In this document: positions 36,081 through 50,099 of the stretch, piece by piece
Numbering within the stretch: the stretch's first letter is position 1
Layout: the number at the start of each line of letters is the position of its first letter
Source of the DNA: Octopus bimaculoides
Taxonomy: Eukaryota
Direction: 5' to 3'
DNA: 64,000 bases
NCBI RefSeq assembly: GCF_001194135.2
Contig: NC_068997.1
Span: 47,237,367 to 47,301,366 of the forward strand
Translations under genes and position numbers: made by a program
The notes under the pieces: generated by a model
The model's input: only the letters and a program-made list of their open reading frames with translations
What the model was told of the DNA's origin: nothing
Databases searched by the model: none

Positions 36081-38543
36081 CGGAATTACTGATAGTTTAG
36101 AGGGGTTGTACTCACGATCGCAAAATCGTGGTTTCGATTCTCAGGCCGACTATGTTTTGAGCAAAGCACCTCGTTTCACGTTGATCCAGTCTACTCAATT
36201 GTAGATGAGAAACGTTGCAACGGATTGGCGTTCAAAGGTGAGATGATGATTGAGAAAAATCCCTTGGACGGAGGTCTCACAAGCTGCGTTTCGAATTTAG
36301 CGATCGAAAGGGTGAATAGTACAACCCACACTGTGAATCTCGACTGGTTGGGATGGGTTGTTAAACAACGTCGAAGGACATCAAAAACAAATGATAAATA
36401 AAAAATGTACAACTAGTCATTTTTGTTTTGTTTCGATGAAAACAGCTACTGGTACCATATAAGCCGGTACTACTTGTTTCATGGTCGAGTGGTCGACAAT
36501 TAAACCGGCTTCCCCACTTGAGTAACTTACTACTGTTGTGAAGAGGGTGCCTGGACACCCAACAGGACTAAAAGCAAGATCCGTCACAGGCCAGATGAGC
36601 TTTTTGTCCTGAAATCTTTCGTCACACATCTGTGACCTCTTCAGCGACACTTTTCGTTTCCGTGTGTGTTCTTGCACCACTTACTCCATTCTGTTCTTGT
36701 AGGATGTGTAAATAATACTCCTTCCCCTTTTTGATGTTATTCTTCCATGTTCTTCACTAGTTATTCCGTCGCAAGAACTTAAGCGTTAAAGCTACACGCT
36801 ACACATATAGCGGCTATCGATGTTATTCTTCGCCACATGTACGCGTTACAACGTTGTCCATCACTTCAACAATTGTCATAATGTTACCTATCCTTGCTAC
36901 AATTGGACTCGTTACCTCTTCACATCAATAAACATTACATAATCTCGCCACACTGATAACCCCTACGTGCAAGATACATCTGCCGCTACAAGTGGTTCGT
37001 ACTATTTGTACCGTCGGTATTGAAATATTTCAATCTTTCTCGATGGTTCTTCTTCTCTTGTTTCCTTATCTGCTAGAAATCTGCTAAGAAACAAATGAAT
37101 TTTAATCAAACTTTTTTAACATTTAAAATTATGTTTTCTTTAATTGATGCAAAAAAAGTTATAGAAAGTATGCGAATAACAAGTTAGTTTCTATCAATGA
37201 TCTCCCCTCTTTCTCCGTCTTGCATTTTTTTTTTCACTATAATTTCTGGTGAAAAATAAATTACAACATTTTGCATAATTATTCAGAAAAAATCTGCATA
37301 ATAAACAAATTTTCAACAGATTCTTTTCAATAACGATTTTTTTAAAGAAAACCTTATCATAATTTCTCCCAATTNNNNNNNNNNNNNNNNNNNNNNNNNN
37401 NNNNNNNNNNNNNNNNNNNNNNNNNNNNNNNNNNNNNNNNNNNNNNNNNNNNNNNNNNNNNNNNNNNNNNNNNNNNNNNNNNNNNNNNNNNNNNNNNNNN
37501 NNNNNNNNNNNNNNNNNNNNNNNNNNNNNNNNNNNNNNNNNNNNNNNNNNNNNNNNNNNNNNNNNNNNNNNNNNNNNNNNNNNNNNNNNNNNNNNNNNNN
37601 NNNNNNNNNNNNNNNNNNNNNNNNNNNNNNNNNNNNNNNNNNNNNNNNNNNNNNNNNNNNNNNNNNNNNNNNNNNNNNNNNNNNNNNNNNNNNNNNNNNN
37701 NNNNNNNNNNNNNNNNNNNNNNNNNNNNNNNNNNNNNNNNNNNNNNNNNNNNNNNNNNNNNNNNNNNNNNNNNNNNNNNNNNNNNNNNNNNNNNNNNNNN
37801 NNNNNNNNNNNNNNNNNNNNNNNNNNNNNNNNNNNNNNNNNNNNNNNNNNNNNNNCTCCTCCTCCTCCTCCTCTTCTTCTTCTTCTTCTTCTTCTTTCTC
37901 GTCGTCGTCATCTTCCCCCCCACTTCTTTCACCACCACCACCATGGACATCCCGTACGTTCTTCTACCGGTTGTGCATCTAAGACTGTAATTTGAGAAAT
38001 ATCTGACAGCTATTTCTAGCACCGACAATGACTATGTCAAAGCTCATTTCTTTGCCCGTTTCTGTTGTTGGGGTTAGGGTTGTGATGTAACCGTTACTGC
38101 TGACGTTGCTGCAATGATAATGACGACGACGATGATAATAGTAATGATGGTGATGGTGAAGTTAATTACGATGATGACGATAATGACGAAGATGATGGTG
38201 ATGGTGATGATGAAGTCGCCACCAATGAAGTCGACGACGACGACTATACCAATGGTGATGTTTGCTGCTTTGTTGGTTATGAATTTATACAAACGTACAA
38301 CATTGTTTCTCCGACAGGGGACACTGTTATTGGACGTTGTCATGTGATATATTGACTTTGAAATGGCGGGCTTAAGTAAACATTCAAGGGATCAGCATTT
38401 TTTTATGATCTGTTTTTTCATTTAAAGGAAACATCCGAGATCAGAGCGGATAAGATGTCAGTTTCGTTGCTTAGTAACGATAGCCACTGATTCTGGTTTC
38501 CTGGCCAACGGAATTCTCCCGTTTTTTCCCCATATATTTCCCA

Positions 38544-38605
<62 letters not shown>

Positions 38606-38764
38606 GCTATCTATCTATCTGACTGTCTGTCTCCTTTGTGAGACGTGTGGTGTGAAATGACTGAATAGGGCAAAGAAAAAAAAACAAGAAACCCCCAAAA
38701 GTCAAGAATGGGAAGAAATTAAAGGCGAAGGCAAATATGAATTTTCAAAACAAAACAAAAGATC

Positions 38765-39010
38765 TCTTCTACAGCACCACATGCCTACAACGCAATGAGA
38801 ATTATATCGGTCAAACGGGATCAAAATTAATACATCGGGTTAGAGTATATAAACAACAAATCATAGAGTCATGAATATATAAACACTTGTGCCAATGGAA
38901 AATTAAAAGTTTCACGGAAATAAAAAAAATGGAAGAATATGATCAACAATGAAACGTAGATGATAAATGCTTCATAAAGAATTCTAAATCCTCAGCTGAA
39001 CTGGAACTAG
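38765..39010 (+). mobile_element. Penelope-like element GIY-YIG endonuclease remnant
   Basis: TCLQRNENYIGQTGSKLIHRVRVYKQQI...P(Q)LN matches the Penelope endonuclease motif YIGQT..L..R..(H)K. Stops and frameshifts are present. Confidence 0.75.
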
Positions 39011-39159
39011 TCAACACTGTATACAGATTACTCGATAACACGCGTATTTGAAAAGCTGTAGAAAAAGAAAGCGCTTACAAAATATGAAAAAGATCTGTGT
39101 TATTCAGTTTATTGAAGATTTTTTAAATATATAACAAATAAGTAGAATTAAAGAAAATA

Positions 39160-39490
39160 GCTTAGTGGTTAGAGCGTCGACCTCACAATCGTGAGGTAGT
39201 GAGTTCGATTCCCGGACCGAACTGTGTGTTGTGTTCTTGAGCAAGACACTTTATTTCACGTTGCTCCAGTTCACTCATCTGGAGAAATGATTTGCATCGT
39301 TACTGGCGCCAAGCTGTATCGGCCCCTTTGCCTTTCCCTTGGATAACATCGGTGGCGTGCAGAGGGGAGGCTGGTATGCATGGGTGACTGCTGGTCATCC
39401 ATAAACAACCTTGCCCGAACTTGTACCTCGGAGTAGAACTTTCTAGGTGCAATCCCATGGTCATTCATGACCGAAGGGGGTCTCTACCCT
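39160..39490 (+). mobile_element. tRNA-derived SINE family 3, near full length
   Basis: A box TAGCTTAGTGG, B box GAGTTCGATTCC, body GTTCTTGAGCAAGACACT...TTCACGTTGCTCCAGTTCACTCA and tail CATGGTCATTCATGACCGAAGGGG. Confidence 0.85.
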
Positions 39491-41158
39491 TCTTTATTCA
39501 CACACATACATACACACGTATATATACAAACATATGTATATATATATATGTACACACACACACACAAACACACATTCTCTTCTATTATTCTATTTCCTTG
39601 AAAGAATTTCTCCCAGGCGTTACTCATTACAATTCGTCTTGGCCTAACGGCCTTTAATGTTTATCTTTGCCGATTGTTTACTCTGTACGTCCACCCTGTC
39701 GTTGTTTGTTCGTTCGAATTTCTAACTCTCCATGAATTTTATATTTTAAAAATTTCTGGACGCTGCCGTCTTATGAAGTTTCCCTATATTATCGTTGAAA
39801 GCACGAAATAGGAGTAATAAACAGTGCGACAACTGATGAGGAGTGATCTTCTTTTGATATTTTGTCCTGTACTTATCTCTCGTGTGTTTACGTGTTTTTC
39901 ACTCGTTGGTGATGTCCTGCACACAATGTGTAGTTTTCATTATATATATATATATATGTATGTATACTCACACACAGACACGTACATTGGATATATACAT
40001 GTATATATACACGCGCTACCAATATACGCACTGTCAATTTTTTGCTCTATCGTAATTCAGTTGAAAGAATAATTCTGTTCAATATCCTCATCATTTCTCT
40101 CTCTCTTTCGCTCTCTTCTTCTCTTTCTCTGTATGCATGCATACATGCATGCACATATGTATGTGTGTGTGTATGTATGTATGTATGTATGTATGTATGT
40201 GTGTTTGTGTGTATGTATGTAAGTATATTATTTTCATACATTTTTACATCAATTCATTCGTTTATTCCCGCGTATCTGTCGTCCTTTTTCTCAGTGGCAA
40301 TGTAAACACATTGCTATGGAAAAGGCTTCAGCCCGGAGTGATTTCAACTAGGGGCTTCCACTGTTTATGCCCTACAAAAAACAAAAAACAAAAAACTTTT
40401 TTCTATATGACAATTTTCTATTATTTTAGTTTTGTTGGTAAGAACTGGAGATTTACGTTTAAATAATTATCCAATGCTTTAAGGAAATATGAGAACTTCT
40501 ATAGTTGTAAAACCTTTTGTTGATAATTTATTAATTAATACTTTCTGTGTTTCCTGAATATTTACATATGAATCTTTAAAACGTACTGCTGTACATCAAA
40601 AAAGTATAGCCATCGCTCGCAAGCAAATATATCCTCATTACAGATTCACCAGTAATCGTTAATCTCTGTCTTCTTAAAGGTTCCGTCTCACTGATATGTT
40701 GTGTCTTCCATGTTCTCTTTTCTTTNNNNNNNNNNNNNNNNNNNNNNNNNNNNNNNNNNNNNNNNNNNNNNNNNNNNNNNNNNNNNNNNNNNNNNNNNNN
40801 NNNNNNNNNNNNNNNNNNNNNNNNNNNNNNNNNNNNNNNNNNNNNNNNNNNNNNNNNNNNNNNNNNNNNNNNNNNNNNNNNNNNNNNNNNNNNNNNNNNN
40901 NNNNNNNNNNNNNNNNNNNNNNNNNNNNNNNNNNNNNNNNNNNNNNNNNNNNNNNNNNNNNNNNNNNNNNNNNNNNNNNNNNNNNNNNNNNNNNNNNNNN
41001 NNNNNNNNNNNNNNNNNNNNNNNNNNNNNNNNNNNNNNNNNNNNNNNNNNNNNNNNNNNNNNNNNNNNNNNNNNNNNNNNNNNNNNNNNNNNNNNNNNNN
41101 NNNNNNNNNNNNNNNNNNNNNNNNNNNNNNNNNNNNNNNNNNNNNNNNNATACATACA

Positions 41159-41186
<28 letters not shown>

Positions 41187-41189
<3 letters not shown>

Positions 41190-41418
41190 TGGGTTGTCCG
41201 GAAAGTTCGTGCCGATTTTTAAAAGAAAGAAAAAGGTCAATAAATACTTGCCATTACATTTTTAATCAACCAAATATGAACCATTTTGTTGCACAATGCG
41301 TCTCCATCTCTCCTTTAACTTGAAAATACCCTCTTCCCAGAATTGAGGTGGTTTCATGGCAAATAAGTCGAAAGGTAAGCTACTATAAATCGGCACGAAA
41401 TTTCCGGTCAACCCAATA
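41187..41418 (-). mobile_element. 228-bp mariner-derived MITE, copy 2 (inverted)
   Basis: Same length, TIRs and TA flanks as the copy at 35378, with about 8 substitutions by manual alignment. Confidence 0.9.
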
Positions 41419-41426
41419 TATATATA

Positions 41427-41477
<51 letters not shown>

Positions 41478-41797
41478 CACATACATACATACACACATAG
41501 ATACATACACACACACACACACACACTCACACACATATATATGTATATACGCACATATATAAATGAACACATACAGACAGATATTTCACTCCCTCCCTCT
41601 GTTTCACATGACCTCTACATTTCTTCATGAACATCTCTCTACATAATACTAACTGTCTTTCTACTTCTCTCTCTTTCTCATACTCTTTATTTATCTACAC
41701 GCTTTTGTGCCTGTATACGTCCATGTGTTTGCATGTATATATGTATACATATTATTTGTATGTGTATAATGTGCCAGTCTATATGAGAGTGAACATG

Positions 41798-41836
<39 letters not shown>

Positions 41837-43348
41837 CTATCTATATGTGCATATATGTGTAAACACTGTGTGCGTGTATGCATAACTCTCTATGTACAAG
41901 TACCTGTGAATGTATTTTCCCCCTCCCTCCCTCCCTTTCATTTGCTTTCTATAAACATCTGTCTGTCTCTCTCCTCTCACTCATTTCTTACTCTGTCGAT
42001 CTCTCGCTCTTTCCCAAGCTNNNNNNNNNNNNNNNNNNNNNNNNNNNNNNNNNNNNNNNNNNNNNNNNNNNNNNNNNNNNNNNNNNNNNNNNNNNNNNNN
42101 NNNNNNNNNNNNNNNNNNNNNNNNNNNNNNNNNNNNNNNNNNNNNNNNNNNNNNNNNNNNNNNNNNNNNNNNNNNNNNNNNNNNNNNNNNNNNNNNNNNN
42201 NNNNNNNNNNNNNNNNNNNNNNNNNNNNNNNNNNNNNNNNNNNNNNNNNNNNNNNNNNNNNNNNNNNNNNNNNNNNNNNNNNNNNNNNNNNNNNNNNNNN
42301 NNNNNNNNNNNNNNNNNNNNNNNNNNNNNNNNNNNNNNNNNNNNNNNNNNNNNNNNNNNNNNNNNNNNNNNNNNNNNNNNNNNNNNNNNNNNNNNNNNNN
42401 NNNNNNNNNNNNNNNNNNNNNNNNNNNNNNNNNNNNNNNNNNNNNNNNNNNNNNNNNNNNNNNNNNNNNNNNNNNNNNNNNNNNNNNNNNNNNNNNNNNN
42501 NNNNNNNNNNNNNNNNNNNNNNNNNNNNNNNNNNNNNNNNNNNNNNNNNNNNNNNNNNNNNNNNNNNNNNNNNNNNNCCGATAGATTAAGTACTAAGCTT
42601 AAAAAAAAAATAAAATAAAAAGAGATGTGGTGTCGATTCATTAGGCTAAAATTCTTCAGGGCGGTGCCCCTGCATGGCCGCAGTCTAATAACTGAAACAA
42701 GTAAAAGATATATATTCTTACCCCTCATTCACATTATTCTTACCTTCTCTTTCTCCAATACTCCCTCCCTGTTTGTCTCTCTGTCACTCTTTTCTTCCAA
42801 TCTTCCACCATCTCTCATCTTTCTTGTTTCGTTCCCCTACTCTCTCATTTATTTTTCTCTCCTCTCCAACACCGCCGCCACCACCACCATCACTAACCCT
42901 GCTTCACCGCCGCCACTGGTGCAAAAACAATAACAACAACAACAACAGCAACAACAACAAGGAAAAGAAAAATTCCTATTGAAGAACAAAAGCAAAAGCT
43001 AAGCTAATGTCCTGAAGTTTGTACGAAAGTTCAGAAGTCTTGTTGGTCGTTATTATTGCGTAGCATATCTTGTCACTGAGTCAGCTTGGCCAAGTAATTA
43101 GCTGTTGGACGAGAGATTTGAATCTAATTGGAGGTGTCTGCAGACGACAGGGAAGCTATTTATTACTGAACGGCAGACTATTGTGATGTAACAACACTTT
43201 ACAGCAAACACACTTTGGACAATGCCCCGAAAACTGTTTCTTTTCTTCTTCCCTTTTGTTTTGTTACTTGTTACCGACTGACTCTGTACGCCACGCATAC
43301 ACATGTATATACAAACATATATACACATGTATACGCATATATTCGTAA

Positions 43349-43383
<35 letters not shown>

Positions 43384-43429
43384 NNNNNNNNNNAAAAAAA
43401 AAAAAACAGAACAGGGGCGGAAACGCAGA

Positions 43430-43463
<34 letters not shown>

Positions 43464-44189
43464 CAAAGACGAAGTCACACAGATGTTAAAACATATGTAT
43501 GTGTGTGTATGTATGTGCGCGTGTATGTGTGCGTGTATGCATGTAAGTATGTAGGTGTGAGTGTGTATATATGTGTGTGCGTGTGTCTATGAATGTGTGT
43601 GTATGTATGCATGTATGTGTATGTATGCACGTATGTACGTGTCTATGTATATATGTATATATATGTAGGTATGAACAATCGCTGGCGCATATACTCACAT
43701 ATGGCCGGATGCCAGAATGAACTTCCACCTACAAACCTCAGATTTGACCAACGATAATGCACTCTGGAATGCCACGCCGGATCTTTCTTGCACCCAACAA
43801 TAATACCACTCTTTAGACGTCCATGGTCAAATTATACGCACTCTGTTCCAATCCTCTCCGCTCCAACCCTCCTTTACTAAATGGCGGGCAACATAGAACA
43901 AAAGGTATGTTCCTGGTAAGCAGAAACTTCCAGACGGTTTCAATATTTGATTAAAGTCACTTCACCTCTGTTATGCTGCTGGTGTTAAGGACAAAAGTAT
44001 GAACATGAACACAACATTTCCATTTTTCTTTACTTCTAGCGTAATTAACGTGATTAAAAAAAAAATCCCGATTATATACCATCTACTTCCATTGAACTCA
44101 AATCTTTAGTTTAGAATAAGATAGACGCGGGGAATCATTTTACGTCGAAAGGCCACACTGAAATTAGCTGCCATCTTACACGGCCCCTT

Positions 44190-44431
44190 TCGTACGTACA
44201 TACATACATACATACATACATACATACATGCGTGCATACATACATGCATACAACGTACATGCATACATAGATGTATACATGCATGCATACATAGATGTAT
44301 ACATGCATGCATGTATACATACATATATGCATATATACATGCACACATACATGTATGCATACATGCATACATACATACATGCGTGCATACATACATGCAT
44401 ACATACATACATACATACTTGCATACATATA

Positions 44432-44469
<38 letters not shown>

Positions 44470-44695
44470 CATGTATATATACCTACATACTTGCATATAT
44501 ACATGCATTCATGCGTATATACATGCACACATACATACATGCATACGCATGCATACATACATACAAACATACAAACATACATACATAGTTGCATACATAC
44601 ATACATACATACATACATACATACAGGCATATACACATGCATATATACATGGGTGCATACATATATACATACATGCATACATACTTGCATATATT
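44190..44695. repeat. Compound (CATA/TACA/CATG)n microsatellite
   Basis: Direct reading. It is the source of many spurious overlapping ORFs. Confidence 0.95.
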
Positions 44696-44769
44696 TAATT
44701 TTTTTTTTATTTCGCTATTTTCAGCTCGAGTGTTGTGGCTATTTTCCCTCCATGAAAACTCTTCTGATA

Positions 44770-44990
44770 TTTGGCATTTGGTGAACGAGGGAGTTTGATG
44801 TTGCTGCTCTCACCTGCGTTTCTTACCGTGAGATGGGTAGGTTCATCGAGAATTCTCAACAGAAGTAGATCCAGTTTTCTTTTGAAGACACTTACACCCA
44901 ACACCCTACGTAGGTATCTCAGGCTTTTTGGGAGGACACTGAAGAATTGTGGGCCCTATAATTCTAATTCTCATGCTGTTTGTGTGTCTC
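44770..44990 (-). mobile_element. CR1/L2-group LINE 3' end remnant
   Basis: NSLRIIGPQFFSVLPKSLRYL...GVSVFKRKLDLLL.RILDEP is a typical LINE ORF2 C-terminus. Confidence 0.7.
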
Positions 44991-45769
44991 TGATTTCTAT
45001 TATATACATACCCGTTTCCTGCTAAAAAATCTTTTTCGGATAAAATCGAAGTGCGTGTTTTGTCCAAAGAATTGCAATAACTTTTCATACCGACGCATTC
45101 TTTACAATTTAGCGAAGGTTTCTTATTTCAGACATATTCTTATTTATTATTTCTATTACTTATTTTCATATTATTTTACTTATTGCTATATTTCTGTCAT
45201 ATTTGTCTTTCTTATAGTTATAATTTTAACATATTGATTTCTTTAATTATTAAGATTTCTTTTCTTCTAATGGCCCACTTGTCGTTTCTTTTTTTAAAAA
45301 ATTATTATTACTATTTCATCAGCTGGTTCAACCTTGGGAGGCAGTTCGGTCTTAAAGGAGATCTATTGATTTTAATTCTTTAATTATTTCCATCTCTAGA
45401 TTATCATGTTTCAGAGCTCCCTGTTTTGAATATCTTCCGCTAAATCTTGCTGTATTTCCTTTTATTTTTATTCTCTTAGATTTTCTGTGGATTTAAGTTC
45501 TTCAATTATTTCCACCTTCAGATTGTCATGTTTGAGATTTCCATGTTTTGAGTATCCCTTTCTAAATCTTCTTCGGATTTCCTTTTATTTATATTTTTGT
45601 TTGTGTTGTTCTGGTTCGGTTTTTCTTGGAGAATATTTTTAATGTGATTTCGCTGTATTTTATGATTTACTTTCTTTCACACATCTTTGACACATCTTCG
45701 TGGTTTTTCTTTTTGCTGTTTGTTTTGTATTCGTTGTCTTTTATAATTTATCTTTCACTTTTCTCATTA

Positions 45770-46115
45770 GACAGCGGCCAAGCTGGGGCACCTTTTTGAA
45801 GAGCTTTTAGCCGAACGAATCGAGCTCAGTACTTATTCCTTTTATTCTATTGGTTCTCTTTTGCCGAACCGCTAAGTTACGGAAATGTAAACACACTAAC
45901 ATCGGTTGTTAAGCGGTGGTGTGGGACAAACACTGACACAAAGACACACATACATACACACACACACGCATGCCCACACACAATATGGGCTTCTTTCAGT
46001 TTCCGTTTACCAAGTCCACTCACAAGCCTTTGGTCGAACCGAACCTATAGCAGAAGAGACTTACCGAAGGTGCCACGAAATGTAACTGAACCCAGAATTA
46101 TGTGGTTGAAAGCAA
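45770..46115 (-). mobile_element. SINE family 1 copy
   Basis: GCCGAACCGCTAAGTTACGG...GGGCTTCTTTCAGTTTCCG...CTTACCACACAGCCAC. Confidence 0.8.
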
Positions 46116-48560
46116 ACTTCTTACCACACAGCCACTTACACTATCTTTTCTTTTAAATGATCTATTTCGGTTTTTGATATATTTTAACTTTGGGAATGTA
46201 TTGTCTTAAGTTAGACAGATGGGTCCAGTGCTGTCTTAAGAAGAGACACACTGGGCAGTTGTCCGGGGACTTTACGGGTCTCGGAGCCCAATTCTGATTT
46301 ATGAATGCTGTGGCTTGCTGTCAATAAATAACACTATAGACTCCAGTGCACTGATTTTCTAGGGGGTCTATAATGCTACTAAGACGACCCTGGTTGGGCC
46401 CAACACTCAATTGGGTCAAGGCTATTTTCTTTCCAAATTTTATACCAGAATACTACTGTTGTTTCATTTGATGGCTAAGGTCTGGATATCAAATATGTAT
46501 GTATAATACAAAGGAGAAAGGTTTAAAAATTTGGCAGCGAAGAGTTTAGTTTTTATTGCCCAATACTTGGCCAATACTTTATTCTATCGAATCCTGAAGG
46601 ATAAAATGCTAAGTCAGTCCCACCAGGGTCACTTCGCCTTTCATCATTCCGGGGCCATTAGAAGTCAAATAATTGAACCGACAATGCGGCTCCTTCAGAC
46701 TTTNNNNNNNNNNNNNNNNNNNNNNNNNNNNNNNNNNNNNNNNNNNNNNNNNNNNNNNNNNNNNNNNNNNNNNNNNNNNNNNNNNNNNNNNNNNNNNNNN
46801 NNNNNNNNNNNNNNNNNNNNNNNNNNNNNNNNNNNNNNNNNNNNNNNNNNNNNNNNNNNNNNNNNNNNNNNNNNNNNNNNNNNNNNNNNNNNNNNNNNNN
46901 NNNNNNNNNNNNNNNNNNNNNNNNNNNNNNNNNNNNNNNNNNNNNNNNNNNNNNNNNNNNNNNNNNNNNNNNNNNNNNNNNNNNNNNNNNNNNNNNNNNN
47001 NNNNNNNNNNNNNNNNNNNNNNNNNNNNNNNNNNNNNNNNNNNNNNNNNNNNNNNNNNNNNNNNNNNNNNNNNNNNNNNNNNNNNNNNNNNNAAGGGTGA
47101 GTGGTTGTATGGATTAACCTTAAAAAAATGTCAGAAGAGGAAAGCATCTTATAAGTGGATAATAGTCAGTGATTGGTTTCTAGATAGACCCAGTACACAA
47201 CTGGTACTTAATTTGTCGACTCCGAAAGGATGAAAGGCAAGGTCGAACTCGGCGGAATTTGAACTTTGAACGCAAACACAGAGGAAATATCGCCAAGCAT
47301 TTTTCCCGGCGGGCTAACGGTTCTGCCAGATGTCGTCTTCATGGTTATAAATATTATCTAGTCAGAGTTCCGATTTCGGAAATGACCAGAGAGATAAAAA
47401 AAAAAAAAAGAATTATTGCTAATGGTCAGAAAGGTTCAAAGCCGCCAGATACTGGAATTGAACCCGGAATTTCTGTACTTTATGGTTGAGGCAACAGCAA
47501 AAAACAAAAAAAAAAAGGAAAAAAAAGTGTTAAAACAGAAAGAAGCAAGCAACGCAAACTCAAAATAGATTTTTATAGTTTTTATTAAAAGATGAAAACA
47601 TCAAATTGTTTAAATATTTAACAGAAACAGAATACATATCAGTACACATTCGCACGCGATATTATGCACTAAATATGGAAGTCAATTGCATAGTAAATAT
47701 ACACATCCATTATGTAATGGGACAGCTGAGACATTTTATTCATAATATTGTTTTCATATTCTGTCAGACACAAAAATACATTTTAACCTTTTAACTTTCA
47801 AAGGCTTACGTTTAGAATAATAATCACACAAACGAAACGTGCCTCAAGTAGATCCAAGAGCGGTCTTTGGTAACGTGAATACTAACAAAACTTCACACAC
47901 ACACACTATTTAAAACGAAAATAATACCATATCGTGGCTTAAATACTATTGACAAGTCGTTTATGACTATTCAATAGAAGTGGTTAACCCTTAGAGACAT
48001 TGAAGGAGAGAAAATGGATAATGTAACGTTCATTATGTCTTTCAAAAGGGTATAAGTAATGAAATTGTTTATATTTGAATATCATAACAATTGGCTGGAC
48101 TTCAAGAGTAAGTGCTGCTTGTTTATAATAAACTTGTGTCATCGGGTCGTTATTGTTAATGAAAGTGACAACATTAAGCTAGCGGTTCTGACACTGACTA
48201 GGCGCACCCCGGCTCCTCTGAAATTATCCAACTATTTTTGCTTCTTTCTGCTATTCAGTAATAACGAGTAAGCAAAATAGTTTGCATCCATATAATTTCG
48301 TCATGATGTTAGACAAGTCATCTTGCCTTGTCCCCTTTTCAATCCTCACATCTCCAATTCTCCTATAAGAAACATCGGTATACGCAGCATCCACTGTATG
48401 CGAGCGAATCTGTGTATGTATATATACACATATATATATATTTTCAGGATTCACACACTTGTTTTTCTAAGCTCTGTAAAAGAACTCGGAAAGTTGGGCC
48501 CCCAACCAAGCGATTCGCAACACCCTTAAAGCCAAGAACTTTTGACACTCCACGTGTGTG

Positions 48561-48598
<38 letters not shown>

Positions 48599-48614
48599 CA
48601 GAGAGACAGAGAGG

Positions 48615-48940
48615 TGGGGGTAAAGACCCCTTCAGTCATGAATGACCATGGAATTGTGCCTAGAAAGTTCCCCTCCGAGGCACAAGTCCAGGCAAGGTTG
48701 TTTATGGAAGACCAGCATTTTCCCATGCATACCACCTTTCCCTCTTCACACCACCAATGTTGTCCAAGGGAAAGGCAAATGCCGATACAGTTTGGCACCA
48801 ATGACATCAGAACTCATTTCTACGGCTGAATGAATTGGAGCAACGTGAAACAAAGTGTCTTGCTCAAGAACACAACACACAGCCCGGTCCGGGAATTGAA
48901 ACACACTACTTCATGATTGAAAGCCCGATGCTCAAACGAC
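48615..48940 (-). mobile_element. SINE family 3 copy (partial copies at ~34175-34440 -, ~58040-58475 -, ~63630-63820 -, ~52035-52265 +)
   Basis: Reverse-complement match to 39160-39490. Confidence 0.8.
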
Positions 48941-49340
48941 TGAAATTATGTGTACAAGTAACAATACGACTGCCACTGTTATATTTGGAGCTCCTTGGAG
49001 GTTTTCATAATCCGGCTTGCTTTCAGTATTGTTAATTAACTGCTAAAATAAGCTTCAGAGCAAATGTAGGAAATATAAGGATAAACACATAAAATAAAAT
49101 AAACCTGTGTTTATCCTCATACAATAAATGCTGACGCAAGTTTCATAGTTTATTTTCTGTTCTTATATATTATGCACAGAGACATTATTTTAAGTTTTGA
49201 TACATGTATATTATTACATAAAACCATTCGTAATACAAACTCGCATAGATTTAATTGATTTACGCATACATAAACGAAAACCTTCGTTAAAACTGACATT
49301 CGTTAAGCCTAACTATATATTTAATAAAATACCCTTCGAT

Positions 49341-49380
<40 letters not shown>

Positions 49381-50099
49381 AGTGAGTGTGTGCGCGCGCG
49401 CGTGGGAGAGAGAATATAGTCGCTTGGTTGCTTCTGCTAAATATATATATATATATTCGCTCTCACACCTACTTCCCCCCACCCACCTCTCTTCTCTTGC
49501 TCCGACTCCTACTTCTTCTCTTCACTCCTACCCACCGTTTCCTTTCTCTCCTTCATTGTCACCCCTCCCTCGTAGCTACACCCACCCCTACACAATCCAA
49601 CCCTACCTTCTTTCTCCATCCNNNNNNNNNNNNNNNNNNNNNNNNNNNNNNNNNNNNNNNNNNNNNNNNNNNNNNNNNNNNNNNNNNNNNNNNNNNNNNN
49701 NNNNNNNNNNNNNNNNNNNNNNNNNNNNNNNNNNNNNNNNNNNNNNNNNNNNNNNNNNNNNNNNNNNNNNNNNNNNNNNNTCTACCTCCACCCCACCCTT
49801 GTTTTCCCTACTCTCGCCTCCCCACCTCCCAACACCATACCACACACCATTAAACCACCATACCACACTACACCACATCACATCACGCACACACTAGCAC
49901 TGACCACTTCCCAGTCCCACATCCACACACGCACACGTCAAGGTCACCAGTCCTCTTCCACACGCTCATACATACTCTCTTATACACACTCATGCGCTCG
50001 TTCGTTTTGGGATCACCACTACTTTATTATCTCCCCTTCTTCCTAGCTCTCCTGTGTGACCCCTATGTCCCGCATTCGCCATGATAGATCGCTAGCCAC

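Noticed and set aside
38074-38347. Hydrophobic or His-rich ORFs
   Set aside because: They are translations of a degenerate (GAT/GGT/GAC)n trinucleotide repeat.
39835-39880. CTGATGAGGAGTGATCTTC as a hammerhead
   Set aside because: The core 5' half and a possible stem II are present, but no GAAA or stem III follows.
45270-45325. Minus-strand CTGATGA...GAAAC as a hammerhead
   Set aside because: Stem II and stem I cannot be paired convincingly. At best it is a decayed relic.
49078-49117. 12-bp inverted repeat AGGATAAACACA/TGTGTTTATCCT
   Set aside because: It is short with an A-rich spacer and has no supporting context.
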